DNA of 64,000 nt. It comes from Dehalococcoidia bacterium. GTDB lineage: Bacteria > Chloroflexota > Dehalococcoidia > Lucifugimonadales > UBA1123. The notes below the pieces were generated by a model. The model did no database searches and was not told the DNA's origin. It was given only the letters and a program-made list of their open reading frames with translations. The stretch covers positions 3,243,621-3,307,620 of the forward strand of contig OY761144.1 in assembly GCA_963664365.1 (NCBI GenBank), in the 5' to 3' direction. Position numbers and translations under genes: made by a program. Positions 16,168-26,952 of this stretch are shown here, piece by piece; the stretch's first letter is position 1; each line of letters starts with the position of its first letter.

Positions 16168-17646
16168 ATGAACACGACTAAATACCTCAGCCGCCCCAAA
16201 TCCCTGGATTCGGCTTTCCCGTGGATATTGGCCCTGCTTGCCGTCGCCTATGTCGCGTTCCACTGGTCCAATCCGATGACGCCGTTCCCTGACAGCGGCG
16301 GCTATATCGAATTCAGCCCGGTCCGGACAGCGGGCTATCCGGTCTTTATAGATGCTGTCGAGGCCGTCTTCGGGAGCGTGGACGCGGTTCCGAAAGTACA
16401 GTTAGTCATAGCGGCGGCGGCAGTCGCTTTTCTGGGATGGAGCATCTTTCGCGCTTTCGGGACAGTCCTATTTGCGCTGGCGCCGGTCGCAATGCTGATG
16501 CTGTTTCCCCAGATTCCCGACGCCCACGGCGGCATATTGACCGAATCTCTCTTCATATCGCTGCTTTGCGCGCTCGCCGGCTGCGTAGCGCTGACGACGC
16601 GGCGGCCCACCTGGTACTGGATTGCCGCGGCTGCCCTGGCCTGCGGCTTGGCGATAGCGATTCGACCGGCGGGCGTCAGCCTGCTGATAGTCTGGCCCCT
16701 TCTATTTTGGCTGATCTGGAGACGCTGCGACGGTCGGCGCATGGCCGCGCTGGCGTTGGCCGCAATCGTGCCCATCGCTTTCTGCCTGATAGTCGAGAGC
16801 GTGCTGTGGCGCGCGTATCACGATTCCGAATCTCGCCCCAACCTCTCATACCGCCACCTGTTCGCCAAGGCGCTGATCATCGAATCGGAGCCGTCCCTGT
16901 CCGACCCCGAACTTGCTCGTGTAGTGTCTATGGGGCGCGAGGTGATGGCTCCTGGCCGGGAACTGATCGCCGCCGCGCCCAGCCACTATGCCCGAACCAG
17001 GCTTCTGGTGGATTTCGAGGTCGCGGCTCAGCATTCGGCCTATAGAGGCATATTTCAGCCGGGGATAAACGCGATAGCCGAGGCGCGCGGGATTGACGAA
17101 TACGATGTTCTTGGGAAAGTGATACGTCCGGCCATGCTGAGCGCGCCGGTCGCTTGGTTCAAGAACGCTCTCGCCCACTACCTGGGGCTTTGGTTCCCAT
17201 ACTGGGCATACATCAGCCCCGAGATACTGGCGGAGTACCAAGCGTATATCCAGAGCGCGGAACCCGCCTCCATCTTCGAGTACAATCCGATCTTCTTCCA
17301 CAAGGAGCCGCCCGGCGCGACTCTCGCGCTACTGCTCCGGCTGACCCTGGGCGCGGGACTGCTGGTCTCGACGTTGACGGTTGGATTGGCGGCGTGGCAG
17401 CGCTTTCGCAAGGGAGAGCAGGACGGCAGGTTGATCGCCGCCGCCGTGTGCGGATTGGCGATTCATGCCCATTTTCTGACGGTCGGACTGCTTGGCGTAG
17501 TGGCGACTCGCTATGCCGGAGCCATGGCCCCCCTGCTGGCCGTATGCGGCATCCTACTGGCAAGCTGGGTAATCGAGTACGCGCGCAGCGCCGCAGGACG
17601 ATTCTTTGCGCGGCATAGATCAAGCGTGCGGGGGGGTAACCAATGA
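16168..17646 (+). CDS. Polytopic membrane protein, possibly a GT-C-type glycosyltransferase
   Basis: About 12 hydrophobic segments. Its stop overlaps the start of the downstream GT2 gene (ATGA at 17643-17646). The function is inferred from context only. Confidence 0.45.
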   Translation: MNTTKYLSRPKSLDSAFPWILALLAVAYVAFHWSNPMTPFPDSGGYIEFSPVRTAGYPVFIDAVEAVFGSVDAVPKVQLVIAAAAVAFLGWSIFRAFGTVLFALAPVAMLMLFPQIPDAHGGILTESLFISLLCALAGCVALTTRRPTWYWIAAAALACGLAIAIRPAGVSLLIVWPLLFWLIWRRCDGRRMAALALAAIVPIAFCLIVESVLWRAYHDSESRPNLSYRHLFAKALIIESEPSLSDPELARVVSMGREVMAPGRELIAAAPSHYARTRLLVDFEVAAQHSAYRGIFQPGINAIAEARGIDEYDVLGKVIRPAMLSAPVAWFKNALAHYLGLWFPYWAYISPEILAEYQAYIQSAEPASIFEYNPIFFHKEPPGATLALLLRLTLGAGLLVSTLTVGLAAWQRFRKGEQDGRLIAAAVCGLAIHAHFLTVGLLGVVATRYAGAMAPLLAVCGILLASWVIEYARSAAGRFFARHRSSVRGGNQ

Positions 17647-18638
17647 CTTCCCCCAACCTCAGACTGGCCGTGCTTCTGCCGTGCTACAACGAGGAAGCCG
17701 CGATAGCGGACGTGGTCGAATCCTTCAGGGAAGCCCTGCCAAGCGCAGAGGTCTATGTGTACGACAACGCTTCCACCGACGCCACCTCGGAGCGAGCGTC
17801 AGCCGCCGGCGCGATTGTGCGCTTCGAACCCCTGCCCGGCAAGGGAAACGTGGTGCGCCGAATGTTCGCCGACGTCGAAGCCGACATATACATCCTAGCC
17901 GACGGAGATGGCACCTACGACGCCTCCGCCGCTCCCGGCATGGTGGACAAGCTCGTTTCCGACAACCTCGACATGGTGGTCGGAGTTCGGGTCGAGGCCG
18001 AGGGACACAGCGCCTATCGACGCGGCCACAGAATGGGAAACGCCCTGCTCAACAGGCTGATCAGGTTGCAGTTCGGGGGAGTCTTCACCGACATTAGCTC
18101 CGGCTACCGCGTGATGTCGCGGCGGCTAGTCAAGTCTTTCCCCGCGCTCTCGCAGCAGTTCGAAATCGAACCTGAGATATCCGCGCACTGCGCCCACCTT
18201 CAACTTCCGTGCGCCGAGATTCCCACGCGCTACGTCGAGCGGCCCGAGGGCGGCGAAAGCAAGCTCCGCACCTTTCGGGACGGCCGGCGCGCCCTCGTAA
18301 CCATTGGGCTGCTGGTGAAAGAGATACACCCTTTCCGATTCTTCTCGCTGGTCGGCGTCGCGCTCGCGATGGCGTCGCTGATCCTGGCGGCCCCGATCGC
18401 GATTACCTACTGGCAGACCGGCTTGGTCCCGCGCCTGCCGACGGCCGTGCTCTGCGCCAGCCTGGCGCTTGCCGCGCTCGGCAGCTTTCTGGCCGGCGTC
18501 ATTCTCGACAGCGTAAGCAGAGGCCGGCGCGAGATGAAGCGGATGGCGTACCTCCGCTACCCGTCCGTACTCGAGGCCCAAGAATCGCTCGGCGAACCGC
18601 CCGACCTGACCACGTGCCCACCATCCGGCAAACCTTAG
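17643..18638 (+). CDS. Family 2 glycosyltransferase (polyprenyl-phosphate sugar synthase-like, with C-terminal TM helices)
   Basis: LAVLLPCYNEEAAIADVV..VYVYDNASTDAT..ILADGDGTYD (GT2 DxD region), plus two C-terminal hydrophobic helices. Confidence 0.85.
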   Translation: MTSPNLRLAVLLPCYNEEAAIADVVESFREALPSAEVYVYDNASTDATSERASAAGAIVRFEPLPGKGNVVRRMFADVEADIYILADGDGTYDASAAPGMVDKLVSDNLDMVVGVRVEAEGHSAYRRGHRMGNALLNRLIRLQFGGVFTDISSGYRVMSRRLVKSFPALSQQFEIEPEISAHCAHLQLPCAEIPTRYVERPEGGESKLRTFRDGRRALVTIGLLVKEIHPFRFFSLVGVALAMASLILAAPIAITYWQTGLVPRLPTAVLCASLALAALGSFLAGVILDSVSRGRREMKRMAYLRYPSVLEAQESLGEPPDLTTCPPSGKP

Positions 18639-18663
18639 ACCGTAAACCGTAAACCTCTAACTC

Positions 18664-18692
18664 TTGTGACTGGCCGAGCGGGGGAATATAAT
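18664..18692 (+). promoter_or_regulatory. Sigma-70-like promoter upstream of dnaJ
   Basis: TTGTGA (18664-18669), a 17-nt spacer, then TATAAT (18687-18692), 46 nt before the dnaJ ATG. Pattern match only. Confidence 0.4.
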
Positions 18693-18737
18693 GGTGTTAG
18701 AGGTGCGCCCGAAAATCGGCGGCCCGAACGGAGTTTC

Positions 18738-19874
18738 ATGACCACCAGCAAGCGCGACTACTACAACGTACTCGGCATCCCGCGAAACGCCTCCGAAGAG
18801 GACATCAAGAAGGCGTTCCGAAAGCTCGCGCTCGAATTCCATCCCGACCGCAACAGGAGCGACGGCGCCGAGAGCCGCTTCAAGGAGGTCAACGAGGCCT
18901 ACCAGGTCCTGTCAGACTCCAAGAAGCGCTCCGACTACGACAGGTTCGGACACGCCGCCGTCGGAGGCAATGGCGGCAGAGGATTCGACGGATACGACAA
19001 CTTCAGCGGATTCGGAGACATCTTCGACGCCTTCTTCGGCAGCGGGTTCGGAGCGCAGACCCGCGCACGTCCCAACGCGCCCCGTCCGGGCGGCGACCTT
19101 CAGACCAGCGTCGCTATCGAGTTCGAGGAGGCCGTCTTTGGCGTTGAGAAGGACATCGAGATCGAACGCATCGACGTCTGCTCTCGCTGCCAAGGAGCCC
19201 GCGCGGAACCCGGCTCGCAGACCCACACCTGCGCCAACTGCAAGGGCGCGGGACAGGTCCGCCGCTCGCAGCAGGGCTTCTTCGGACAGTTCGTCCAGGT
19301 CACCACCTGCGGCGTCTGCAGGGGAGAAGGCTCAACGATCTCCAATCCGTGTACCCAGTGCAGAGGCATGGGACGCGAGCGCAGAAAGCGCAAACTCGCC
19401 GTCAAGATTCCCGGTGGAATAGACGACCGCACCCAGATCCGCCTGAGCCGCGAGGGAGAGGCCGGACTGAACGGCGGAAGGCCCGGCGACCTCTACGTTG
19501 TGGTAAGAGTGAGAGAACACGACCGGTTCCTGCGCGACGGGACGAACATCTACTACTCTCTGCCTCTCGACATCACGCAGGCAACCTTGGGCGCCAAGGT
19601 CAAAGTCCCAACGCTCGAAGGCGAGGAGGAGATTTCGATACCCGCCGGAACACAGCCCGGCGACCGATTCACCCTCAAGAACAAGGGCGTCCCATATCTC
19701 CGGCGCAACCAGCGAGGCAGTCAGATCGTCACCGCCGACATCAAGGTGCCGACATCGCTCACCGACGAGCAGCGTAAGATGTTCCAGGCACTGGCCGAGT
19801 CTATGGGCAATAGCGACGGCGCCGAAGGCAAGGGCATCTTCGGGAAGATCAAAGACGCGCTCGGCAGCGAGTGA
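18738..19874 (+). CDS. dnaJ: Molecular chaperone DnaJ
   Basis: ATG 18738: [35 protein letters not shown] (J domain with HPD), a G/F region, and four CxxCxGxG zinc motifs ([32 protein letters not shown]). Confidence 0.95.
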   Translation: MTTSKRDYYNVLGIPRNASEEDIKKAFRKLALEFHPDRNRSDGAESRFKEVNEAYQVLSDSKKRSDYDRFGHAAVGGNGGRGFDGYDNFSGFGDIFDAFFGSGFGAQTRARPNAPRPGGDLQTSVAIEFEEAVFGVEKDIEIERIDVCSRCQGARAEPGSQTHTCANCKGAGQVRRSQQGFFGQFVQVTTCGVCRGEGSTISNPCTQCRGMGRERRKRKLAVKIPGGIDDRTQIRLSREGEAGLNGGRPGDLYVVVRVREHDRFLRDGTNIYYSLPLDITQATLGAKVKVPTLEGEEEISIPAGTQPGDRFTLKNKGVPYLRRNQRGSQIVTADIKVPTSLTDEQRKMFQALAESMGNSDGAEGKGIFGKIKDALGSE

Positions 19875-20779
19875 TGCCCTCCGACTGGCTCGAACTCAGC
19901 GTAGATGCGCCTCCCGAATACGTCGAGCCGCTCAGCGAAGTCTTCCATCGCTATGGCGAGGGCGGCGTCGCCGTCGAGCAGCCGGGCGGCTTCAACCCCG
20001 ACGAGGGCGAACGTCCCGGTGTGCCGGACAAGGTCACCGTCAAGGCATACCTTCCCCTCGACCACACCACCGGCCACCGCCGAGCGCAAATCGACGTCGG
20101 AGTCCGGCTAGTCGGCCATCTCGCCCCACTCTCCAAGCTGCGGGAGCGCGTGGTTTCGGAAGATGAGTGGCGGAGTGGCTGGAAAGATTTCTTCGACGTT
20201 CTCAGGGTGGGTTCTAGAATCGTCGTCTGCCCAACCTGGCGCGATCACTCCCCAAGCGCGGGCGACGTCGTCATCAGGCTCGACCCCGGAATGGCTTTCG
20301 GCACCGGACACCACCCCACTACGAGGATGTGCCTGGAGGCCATCGAGCGCATCTTGCAGCCTGGCGACTCTGTACTCGACCTCGGATGCGGGTCCGGCAT
20401 CCTGTCGATAGCCGCGGCCAAGCTCGGCGCAGGGAGAGTCGTCGGCCTTGAGATCGACCCAAACGCCGTCGCCGTCGGCCAGTCCAACGTTGAACTCAAC
20501 CGCGTCGGCAACACAGCCGCTGTCGTTCAGGGTACGCTCCCAAGTCCGAAGGCGCTGGACGCGTCGTTCGACCTCGTAGTCGCCAACATCTCGGCGCGCG
20601 TCATCGAAGACCTGGCGGCGCATCTCGTAAACAGTCTCGCCCCCGGCGGGAAACTCATAGCCTCCGGAATAATAGACAAACACGTTCCGAGCGTAACCCG
20701 CGCGCTCGAATCCTGCGGCGCGGCCATCGAAGACAAATTCATCGATGGCGATTGGGTGGCGCTGACAGCATCCGCTTGA
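19874..20779 (+). CDS. prmA: Ribosomal protein L11 methyltransferase
   Basis: The start overlaps the dnaJ stop (gtgATG). ..RLDPGMAFGTGHHPTTRMCLEAIE...VLDLGCGSGILSIAAAKLGA.. carries the PrmA hallmarks. Confidence 0.9.
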   Translation: MPSDWLELSVDAPPEYVEPLSEVFHRYGEGGVAVEQPGGFNPDEGERPGVPDKVTVKAYLPLDHTTGHRRAQIDVGVRLVGHLAPLSKLRERVVSEDEWRSGWKDFFDVLRVGSRIVVCPTWRDHSPSAGDVVIRLDPGMAFGTGHHPTTRMCLEAIERILQPGDSVLDLGCGSGILSIAAAKLGAGRVVGLEIDPNAVAVGQSNVELNRVGNTAAVVQGTLPSPKALDASFDLVVANISARVIEDLAAHLVNSLAPGGKLIASGIIDKHVPSVTRALESCGAAIEDKFIDGDWVALTASA

Positions 20780-20824
20780 CCGCCCCCGAACAATTGTTTA
20801 CAATGACTCACTATGAGTCGAACT

Positions 20825-21592
20825 ATGCACAGATTCTTCATAAACCCAGACCGAATCGCCGGAGACACGGTCGAGTTCCCGCCGGACCTCTCCCGACAGA
20901 TCCACCGCGTCCTCCGAATGGCCGCCGGAGACTCCGTTATCGCGCTCGACAACACCGGCTATGAATACATAGTCATGCTGTCATCCGTAAACCCCGACCT
21001 GACCCTGGGCCGAATCACCGACCGCTCGCCGGGATCGGGCGAACCTCACGTCCGCCTGACCCTCTACCAGGCCGCCATGAAGTCGGACAGGTTCGAGTGG
21101 GTACTTCAGAAGGGCGCCGAACTCGGAGTTCGCAAGTTCGTCCCCGTCGTGACGCAGCGAACGATGCGCCGCGACGCCTCACTGTCGCCGAATCGGCGCG
21201 CCCGCTGGCTGAGAATCATCAGAGAGGCCGCCGAGCAGTCGGAAAGGTCACTGCTCCCCGAACTCGCCGAGACAGTCTATCTTGAGGAAGCGCTAGACCG
21301 CGCCCCGCGTCCGATGATACTGGCCTGGGAACAGGAGGAAGAGACCTCAATAAAGTCCGCTTTCGACGCGCTGCGCGAGCAGTGTACGCCCGGACGAGAA
21401 ATATCCGCGTTCGTAGGGCCTGTGGGCGGATTCGATCCGAAAGAGATCAAGTTGGCGCGAAGCCGCGGAGCGGTCACCGTAAGCCTGGGCCGAAGGGTTC
21501 TGCGGGCCGAGACGGCGGCGATAGTCCTAGTCACGGCCATCATGCACGAACTTGGAGAATTGGCGCCCGATCACCCTAACAAGGGTAGGTAA
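20825..21592 (+). CDS. rsmE: 16S rRNA (uracil1498-N3)-methyltransferase
   Basis: MHRFFI...; ..KSDRFEWVLQKGAELGV..F.PV.T.R...; C-terminal ..GPVGGF...E.......G...VSLG.RVLRAETAA... The last codons and the stop lie inside repeat copy 2. Confidence 0.88.
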   Translation: MHRFFINPDRIAGDTVEFPPDLSRQIHRVLRMAAGDSVIALDNTGYEYIVMLSSVNPDLTLGRITDRSPGSGEPHVRLTLYQAAMKSDRFEWVLQKGAELGVRKFVPVVTQRTMRRDASLSPNRRARWLRIIREAAEQSERSLLPELAETVYLEEALDRAPRPMILAWEQEEETSIKSAFDALREQCTPGREISAFVGPVGGFDPKEIKLARSRGAVTVSLGRRVLRAETAAIVLVTAIMHELGELAPDHPNKGR

Positions 21593-21663
21593 ATGCAAAA
21601 ACAACCACGAATATCAGTCAACAGGCCCCCTCTCCCTCTGGGAGAGGGTTGGGGTGAGGGTGA
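21578..21663 (+). repeat. Mosaic hairpin repeat element, copy 2 (left flank type A + core)
   Basis: acaagggtaggtaaatgcaaaaacaaccacgaatatcagtcaacaggccccctctccctctgggagagggttggggtgagggtgat. It lies between convergent rsmE and gpsA and supplies the rsmE stop codon. Confidence 0.85.
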
Positions 21664-21676
21664 TTAAGATCAATGC

Positions 21677-22675
21677 CTACTCAGGCCGCGGGTCCCGTCC
21701 CATGAGGTCCCGCACCGCCTGGGCGACCGACATGCCCCCAAACAGAATGTCGTGTATAGCCTGGGCTATCGGCATCTCGACATTTAGTTGCCGCGCTAGG
21801 TCGAGCGCGGCCCGCGTCGTATCTACACCCTCCGCGACGTTCTGCATCCCGCGCCGTATGTCGTCCAGAGTCTCCCCCGCCGCCAACCGCTCACCCACCT
21901 GGTGGTTGCGGCTCAAGTTGCTGGCGCACGTCGCGACCAAGTCGCCCATGCCAGCCAAACCTGCGAAAGTTAGCGGATTCGCGCCCGCCGCGACCCCAAG
22001 CCGTGTCACCTCCGCCAGTCCGCGCGTCATGAACCCCGACTTCGCGTTGTCTCCGAGCCGCATCCCGTCGCACATCCCCGCGCCCAGCGCAATGATGTTC
22101 TTCAGCGCGCCGCACAACTCGACCCCCACCACGTCGTCATTCGTGTACGCCCTGAACACGGACGAGTTCACGATGTGCTGGACGCTAATCGCCGCCGCCG
22201 TGTCGCGTGACGCTATCACCGTCGGCGTCGGCAGACCTCTGACGACCTCGCTCGCCAGGTTAGGGCCGGACAGAGCGCACACGCCCCCTTCTCGGCCCGG
22301 CGGCAGTTCCTCTTCGATGACCTGGCTCATTCGCCGGACCGTGCTCAACTCAAGCCCCTTCGCCGCGCTCACCAAGATGGTACGGGACGGGGTGTACTCG
22401 ACTGCGCCGCGGACATTGGCCCGCATGGTCTGGGACGGGACGGCGAAGATAGCCACGTCCGCAGCATCGAAAGCGGCGTCAGGGTCGGCGGTGGAGCGCA
22501 TGGAGTCCGGAAACGGAAACCCCGGAACGAAGCGCGAGTTCTCACGCTCCGAGTTCAGCAGTCGCGCCTCATCGTCCGTTCGAGCCATCAGACGAACGTC
22601 GTGCCCCTCCCTCGCCATGATAATTCCGAGGGTCGTGCCCCAACTCGTCGTGCCGACTACCGTAACCGTCGCCAT
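21677..22675 (-). CDS. gpsA: NAD(P)H-dependent glycerol-3-phosphate dehydrogenase
   Basis: MATVTVVGTTSWGTTLGIIMAREGHDV.., ..GALKNIIALGAGM.DG..LG.NAK... It follows the conserved der-plsY-gpsA order. Confidence 0.92.
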   Translation of the reverse strand: MATVTVVGTTSWGTTLGIIMAREGHDVRLMARTDDEARLLNSERENSRFVPGFPFPDSMRSTADPDAAFDAADVAIFAVPSQTMRANVRGAVEYTPSRTILVSAAKGLELSTVRRMSQVIEEELPPGREGGVCALSGPNLASEVVRGLPTPTVIASRDTAAAISVQHIVNSSVFRAYTNDDVVGVELCGALKNIIALGAGMCDGMRLGDNAKSGFMTRGLAEVTRLGVAAGANPLTFAGLAGMGDLVATCASNLSRNHQVGERLAAGETLDDIRRGMQNVAEGVDTTRAALDLARQLNVEMPIAQAIHDILFGGMSVAQAVRDLMGRDPRPE

Positions 22676-22691
22676 GAGTAATACCGTCCGG

Positions 22692-23330
22692 TCAGTGGCC
22701 GCCGGCGAGATCCGCCGGCTGGCCTATCTTGCGCTCGGTGCCGTTGAGCAGGCGCGCGATGTTCCCCTTGTGCCGCAGAACGATGAGCGTTCCGCCAACC
22801 AGACCGTACCACAAGTAGTCCGAGGGGGTATCCGCAATCCCTGTGATCGCAAGGATGACGAGAGCGAGAGACCCAAGCGACGCCGCGAATATCGAGCCGA
22901 GGGACATGTATCGCGTAATTCCCACCAGGCCGAGCCCGATCAGAGAGGCTATCACGCCCGCTACGGGCGACAGAATCAGCAGCCCTCCCCAGCCGGACGC
23001 GGTGCTCCGTCCGCCTCGGAACCCTATGAACACCGGCCAACTGTGACCGAACAGCACCGCCAGAGCCGCCGCGGCCTCGGACCCGGGCGAGTCGAAAGCC
23101 ATCCGCGCGATCACCACCGCCAAGACGCCCTTGCCCATGTCCAGCAGCAGCACCGCGATAGCCACGCGCGCCCCCGCCGTGCGAAGCACGTTGGTCATGC
23201 CCGTGCTGCCGCTGCCGTGCTCGCGGACGTCCACGTTGGCGAACATCTTCCCGGCGAGATATCCGAACGGGAGCGACCCGATCAGGTAGCCGACCGGAAT
23301 CATAATCAGATATGGGATGTACGGGGTCAT
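22692..23330 (-). CDS. plsY: Glycerol-3-phosphate acyltransferase PlsY
   Basis: ..GYLIGSLPFGYLAGK....DVREHGSGSTGMTNVLRT.G.. and ..FLGH.WP.F..FRGG... Multi-TM protein. Confidence 0.92.
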   Translation of the reverse strand: MTPYIPYLIMIPVGYLIGSLPFGYLAGKMFANVDVREHGSGSTGMTNVLRTAGARVAIAVLLLDMGKGVLAVVIARMAFDSPGSEAAAALAVLFGHSWPVFIGFRGGRSTASGWGGLLILSPVAGVIASLIGLGLVGITRYMSLGSIFAASLGSLALVILAITGIADTPSDYLWYGLVGGTLIVLRHKGNIARLLNGTERKIGQPADLAGGH

Positions 23331-24649
23331 CGACCTCTACGCCCTTTGAACCGAATCTTCAGTGGACTGCCATGGAAATCGTATGCCCGTCTGAGGCTGT
23401 TTTCCAAGTATCTCTGGTATGAGAAATGAACCGTATCTGTACGATTCACGAAGAACGTAAAGCTGGGAGGGCCAACCCTGTCCTGAGCCACGCTGTATAT
23501 CTTGAGGCTCCGGCCCTTGAGACCGGCCGGGGGGCGTTCGGCGATGGCGCTCATCATCGTCCGTCGGAGCTCATACCTCGGCACGCCCTTCATCCACTGG
23601 TCGTAAACCGAGAGCGCGGTGTCCAGAAGATCGTCCAAGCCGGTCCCATTCAGCGCCGACGTGAACAGCGCCGGCGCATAGTCGGCGAACTTGAAACGCT
23701 CCGCCAAAAGCGCCTCCATCTCGCCCCTGCCGACCCCAGCGCCCTCCAGCAGGTCCCACTTGTTGACGACCAGCGCCAGGCCCTTGTAGGCATCCAGTAC
23801 ATAGCTGGCTATGTGCGTGTCCTGAGCCGTGGCGGGCTCCGTCGCGTCCATCAGCAGCGCAACGACGTCCGCCCGGTCTATCGCGCGCACCGACCGTATG
23901 ACGCTGTACTTCTCGACTCCCGTGCCGATCTTCCCGCGCCGACGTATTCCCGCCGTGTCGATCAAAAGCACGTCCCGATCTTTGTGCTTGATGAGCGTAT
24001 CTATCGTGTCGCGCGTCGTGCCCGGCACGTCGCTGACGATAGAACGGTTCTCGCCCGTAAGCGCGTTCAGCAGCATGGACTTGCCGACGTTCGGCCTCCC
24101 GACGATCGCCAGCCGAACGTCCGCGTCCGGCTCGGGAAACTCAGGCTCAGGCGGAAAGTTCTCGATGACCTCGGCCATCATGTCGTCCAGGCCCAAGTTG
24201 TGGTACCCGCTGATCGGATAAGGTTCGCCCAATCCAAGCTCGTGAAACTCGTGCGCGCCGTCCGCCTTCCCATCCGTATCGACCTTGTTCACCGCCAGCG
24301 CTATGGGCTTCCCGCTCGGTCGCAGCGCGTCCGCCACGTCCATGTCGGCGGCTGTCACCCCTGCCGTCACATCGACCACCATTATTATGATATCCGCGTC
24401 CTCTATCGCCGTCTCGGCCTGCGCCCTGACCTCACGCCAGAGGTCGCTTTCCGGGACCGCCTCCATTCCGCCCGTATCGACGAGTATGAAGGGGTAGTCC
24501 GCCCACACGGTCTCCAGCATGACCCTGTCCCGCGTGGTTCCGGACCGCTTCGACACGATGGCCACAGTCCGCCCGACCAGCCTGTTGAACAGGGTGGACT
24601 TTCCAACGTTGGGTCTGCCTACTATGGCGACGACCGGCTTGGCCACCAT
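23327..24649 (-). CDS. der: Ribosome-biogenesis GTPase Der (EngA)
   Basis: Two GTPase domains (VAIVGRPNVGKSTLFN and LAIVGRPNVGKSMLLN) plus a KH-like C-terminus. There is a 4-nt overlap with plsY. Confidence 0.95.
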   Translation of the reverse strand: MVAKPVVAIVGRPNVGKSTLFNRLVGRTVAIVSKRSGTTRDRVMLETVWADYPFILVDTGGMEAVPESDLWREVRAQAETAIEDADIIIMVVDVTAGVTAADMDVADALRPSGKPIALAVNKVDTDGKADGAHEFHELGLGEPYPISGYHNLGLDDMMAEVIENFPPEPEFPEPDADVRLAIVGRPNVGKSMLLNALTGENRSIVSDVPGTTRDTIDTLIKHKDRDVLLIDTAGIRRRGKIGTGVEKYSVIRSVRAIDRADVVALLMDATEPATAQDTHIASYVLDAYKGLALVVNKWDLLEGAGVGRGEMEALLAERFKFADYAPALFTSALNGTGLDDLLDTALSVYDQWMKGVPRYELRRTMMSAIAERPPAGLKGRSLKIYSVAQDRVGPPSFTFFVNRTDTVHFSYQRYLENSLRRAYDFHGSPLKIRFKGRRGR

Positions 24650-24677
24650 TACCCCCGTGTCAGTGACTCAATGCGGA

Positions 24678-24695
24678 CGGCGGAGCGCTCCGCCG
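24678..24695 (-). terminator. Perfect 9+9 palindrome downstream of argF
   Basis: cggcggagc/gctccgccg lies 21 nt after the argF stop and 29 nt before the der start. Only a weak T-tract follows, so its function is uncertain. Confidence 0.35.
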
Positions 24696-24715
24696 ATTGG
24701 GAAATACGAAGCGGG

Positions 24716-25630
24716 CTACTCGCCCATCAACTCAGCGAGTATCGCTTTCTGGGCGTGAAGGCGATTCTCCGCTTGGTGGAACACGATAGACCTCGGATGA
24801 TCCAGCATGTCTTCCGAGACCTCCTCGCCCCGATGCGCCGGCATGTCGTGCATGAACACCGCTTCCGAGTCGGCGCGCGACATCAGGCCGCCGTCCACGC
24901 GGTACTTCGTGAATATACCGCGCCGCGCGTCAGCCTCGGCTTCGTCGCCCATGCTGATCCAGACGTCGGTATAGACCACGTCCGCGCCATCCACGGCGGC
25001 GTCCGGAGACTCGGTCCAGTCCAGGTTCGTCTCGTTCTCGGCGGACCTCCGCCGAGCCACGTCCCACGCTATCTCGGGCACGCGGTAATCCGGCGGCGAC
25101 GCGATCGCGAAGTTCGCCCCGACCGACGAGCACGCTATCGCCAGGCTGGAAGCTATGTTGTTCCCGTCCCCAACGTATGCCACGCTCAACCCCGCCAGGT
25201 CGCCCTTGTGCTCGTTCATGCTCAGCAGGTCGCCGATTGCCTGGCAAGGGTGGGCGAGGTCCGACAGAGCGTTGACCACCGGAACGGCGGAGTACTCGGC
25301 CAGTATCTCCAGGCTCCGATGCGAGAATACCCGCGCCACGATAACGTCCACCAGCCTGTCCAGCACCCGCGCCACGTCTTCAGCAGGCTCGCGTGTGCCG
25401 AGTCCGACGTCCGACTGGCTCAGGTAGATGCACGACCCGCCCATCTGCTTGACGCCGACCTCGAAGCTGACCCGCGTTCGCAGCGACGGCTTCTCGAACA
25501 GCAGCGCCGCCACCTTGCCGTCCATCGCCTTCGGCGTGACGCCCTCCTTCATAGAGCGCGCCTTCTTCACCATCTGCCTGATCTCCTCGGAATCGAGGTC
25601 CGCCAGCCACAGAAAATCTTTACCTTTCAT
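24716..25630 (-). CDS. argF: Ornithine carbamoyltransferase
   Basis: ..ALLFEKPSLRTRVSFEVG (STRTR-like motif), ..HPCQ.., and the ..DVWISMG.. and ..FMHDMPAHRGEEV.. motifs. Confidence 0.93.
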   Translation of the reverse strand: MKGKDFLWLADLDSEEIRQMVKKARSMKEGVTPKAMDGKVAALLFEKPSLRTRVSFEVGVKQMGGSCIYLSQSDVGLGTREPAEDVARVLDRLVDVIVARVFSHRSLEILAEYSAVPVVNALSDLAHPCQAIGDLLSMNEHKGDLAGLSVAYVGDGNNIASSLAIACSSVGANFAIASPPDYRVPEIAWDVARRRSAENETNLDWTESPDAAVDGADVVYTDVWISMGDEAEADARRGIFTKYRVDGGLMSRADSEAVFMHDMPAHRGEEVSEDMLDHPRSIVFHQAENRLHAQKAILAELMGE

Positions 25631-25693
25631 ACGACCTCCTCAGATCGCCTAATATACCAGATTCCGTTGCGTCGCCGTTCCCATTGCCCATAC

Positions 25694-26437
25694 TCACCCC
25701 CCCAACCCCGCCAAAAACCGCCGGTCTTCAGCGCTCAGTTCGTCGGCGTCAAGACTGCCCAGCAAGTCCGGCCTGCGCTCGAAGGTCCGGCGCAGGGACT
25801 CTCGACGCTGCCACCTGGCGACCTCGGCGTGGTGGCCCGACAGCAGGATCTCCGGCGCCTCCCAATCTCTGAACCGCGCTGGTCTCGTGTAGAGCGGATG
25901 CTGGAGCAGGCCCGTTGTGAAAGAGTCGTTGCCCGTCGATTCCGCCGACCCCACCACTCCGGGCACGAGGCGCGACACCGCCTCCATCAGCGCCATTGCG
26001 GCGATCTCCCCGCCTCCAAGCACATAGTCGCCTATGCTGATCTCGTCAGTCGCGAGATGCTGGCGGACCCGTTCATCTACTCCCTCGTACCGTCCGCATA
26101 TCAGAGCCATCTCGTCGAGGCCCGCGAGCTCCTCCGCGACCCTCTGCGTGAACGTGCGGCCCTGCGGAGTCAGCAGTATCACCCGCGCCGACTCGCCAAG
26201 CTCGCCCGAAGCGCGCAACGTCTCCACGCCCTCGAACAGCGGCTCCGGCTTCATCACCATCCCCGGACCTCCGCTGTACGGGTAGTCATCTACGGTCCGA
26301 TGCCGGTCGTGCGTGAAGTCGCGGATGTTGTGTACCCGGACCGAAATTACTCCCTGGCGTATCGCGCGGCCCATGATGCTCTCGCCGAGCGGCCCCTCGA
26401 ACATCTTCGGGAACAGGGTCAGGACGTGGAAGCGCAT
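25694..26437 (-). CDS. trmD: tRNA (guanine37-N1)-methyltransferase
   Basis: ATG 26437: [25 protein letters not shown]......[29 protein letters not shown]... The 112-codon upstream extension in the ORF track overlaps mogA and is rejected. Confidence 0.93.
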   Translation of the reverse strand: MRFHVLTLFPKMFEGPLGESIMGRAIRQGVISVRVHNIRDFTHDRHRTVDDYPYSGGPGMVMKPEPLFEGVETLRASGELGESARVILLTPQGRTFTQRVAEELAGLDEMALICGRYEGVDERVRQHLATDEISIGDYVLGGGEIAAMALMEAVSRLVPGVVGSAESTGNDSFTTGLLQHPLYTRPARFRDWEAPEILLSGHHAEVARWQRRESLRRTFERRPDLLGSLDADELSAEDRRFLAGLGG

Positions 26438-26451
26438 CGGGAGTATCGGAC

Positions 26452-26952
26452 CTACGGACTGCCGTGTGTCCGCCAGCCGCGTATCATCTCCAGAGCGTGC
26501 GGAATCGCCTTCAGCGCGACCTCCAGCGTCTCGCGGACCCCTGTCGGACTGCCGGGCAGGTTCACGATCAGGCATCCGTTGCGAACTCCGACCACTCCGC
26601 GGCTGAGCATGGCGAAAGGAGTATTCTTCAGCGTCTCCATCCGCATCGCCTCCGCGATTCCCGGCGCCTCTATGTCTATGACCGCGCGGGTCGCCTCCGG
26701 AGTCACGTCCCTGGGTCCCAAGCCAGTGCCGCCCGTGGTTACCACCACGTCGGCCACCGCGGCGTCGCACCACTCCCTAAGCTGCGATGAGATCAGCGCC
26801 GATTCGTCGGGGACGATCCTCCGGTCCACCTGTATGAACCCGGCCTGGGCCATCATCTCCGCGATCGCGTCGCCGCTGGTGTCCTCGCGCTCCCCCTTGG
26901 AGCCGGCGTCGCTGATGGTCAGCGACGCGAATCTAAACTCTGTCTTTTGCAT
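26452..26952 (-). CDS. mog: Molybdenum cofactor biosynthesis protein, MogA/MoaB family
   Basis: ..LTISD....GEREDTSG..I........[20 protein letters not shown]......E.PG..EAMR......P.AMLSR...G.R...LIVNLPGSP. Confidence 0.85.
   Translation of the reverse strand: MQKTEFRFASLTISDAGSKGEREDTSGDAIAEMMAQAGFIQVDRRIVPDESALISSQLREWCDAAVADVVVTTGGTGLGPRDVTPEATRAVIDIEAPGIAEAMRMETLKNTPFAMLSRGVVGVRNGCLIVNLPGSPTGVRETLEVALKAIPHALEMIRGWRTHGSP

Noticed and set aside
21552-23429. A 625-aa plus-strand ORF.
   Set aside because: It is antisense to gpsA and plsY, begins inside the repeat element, and has an S/R/A-rich composition without motifs.
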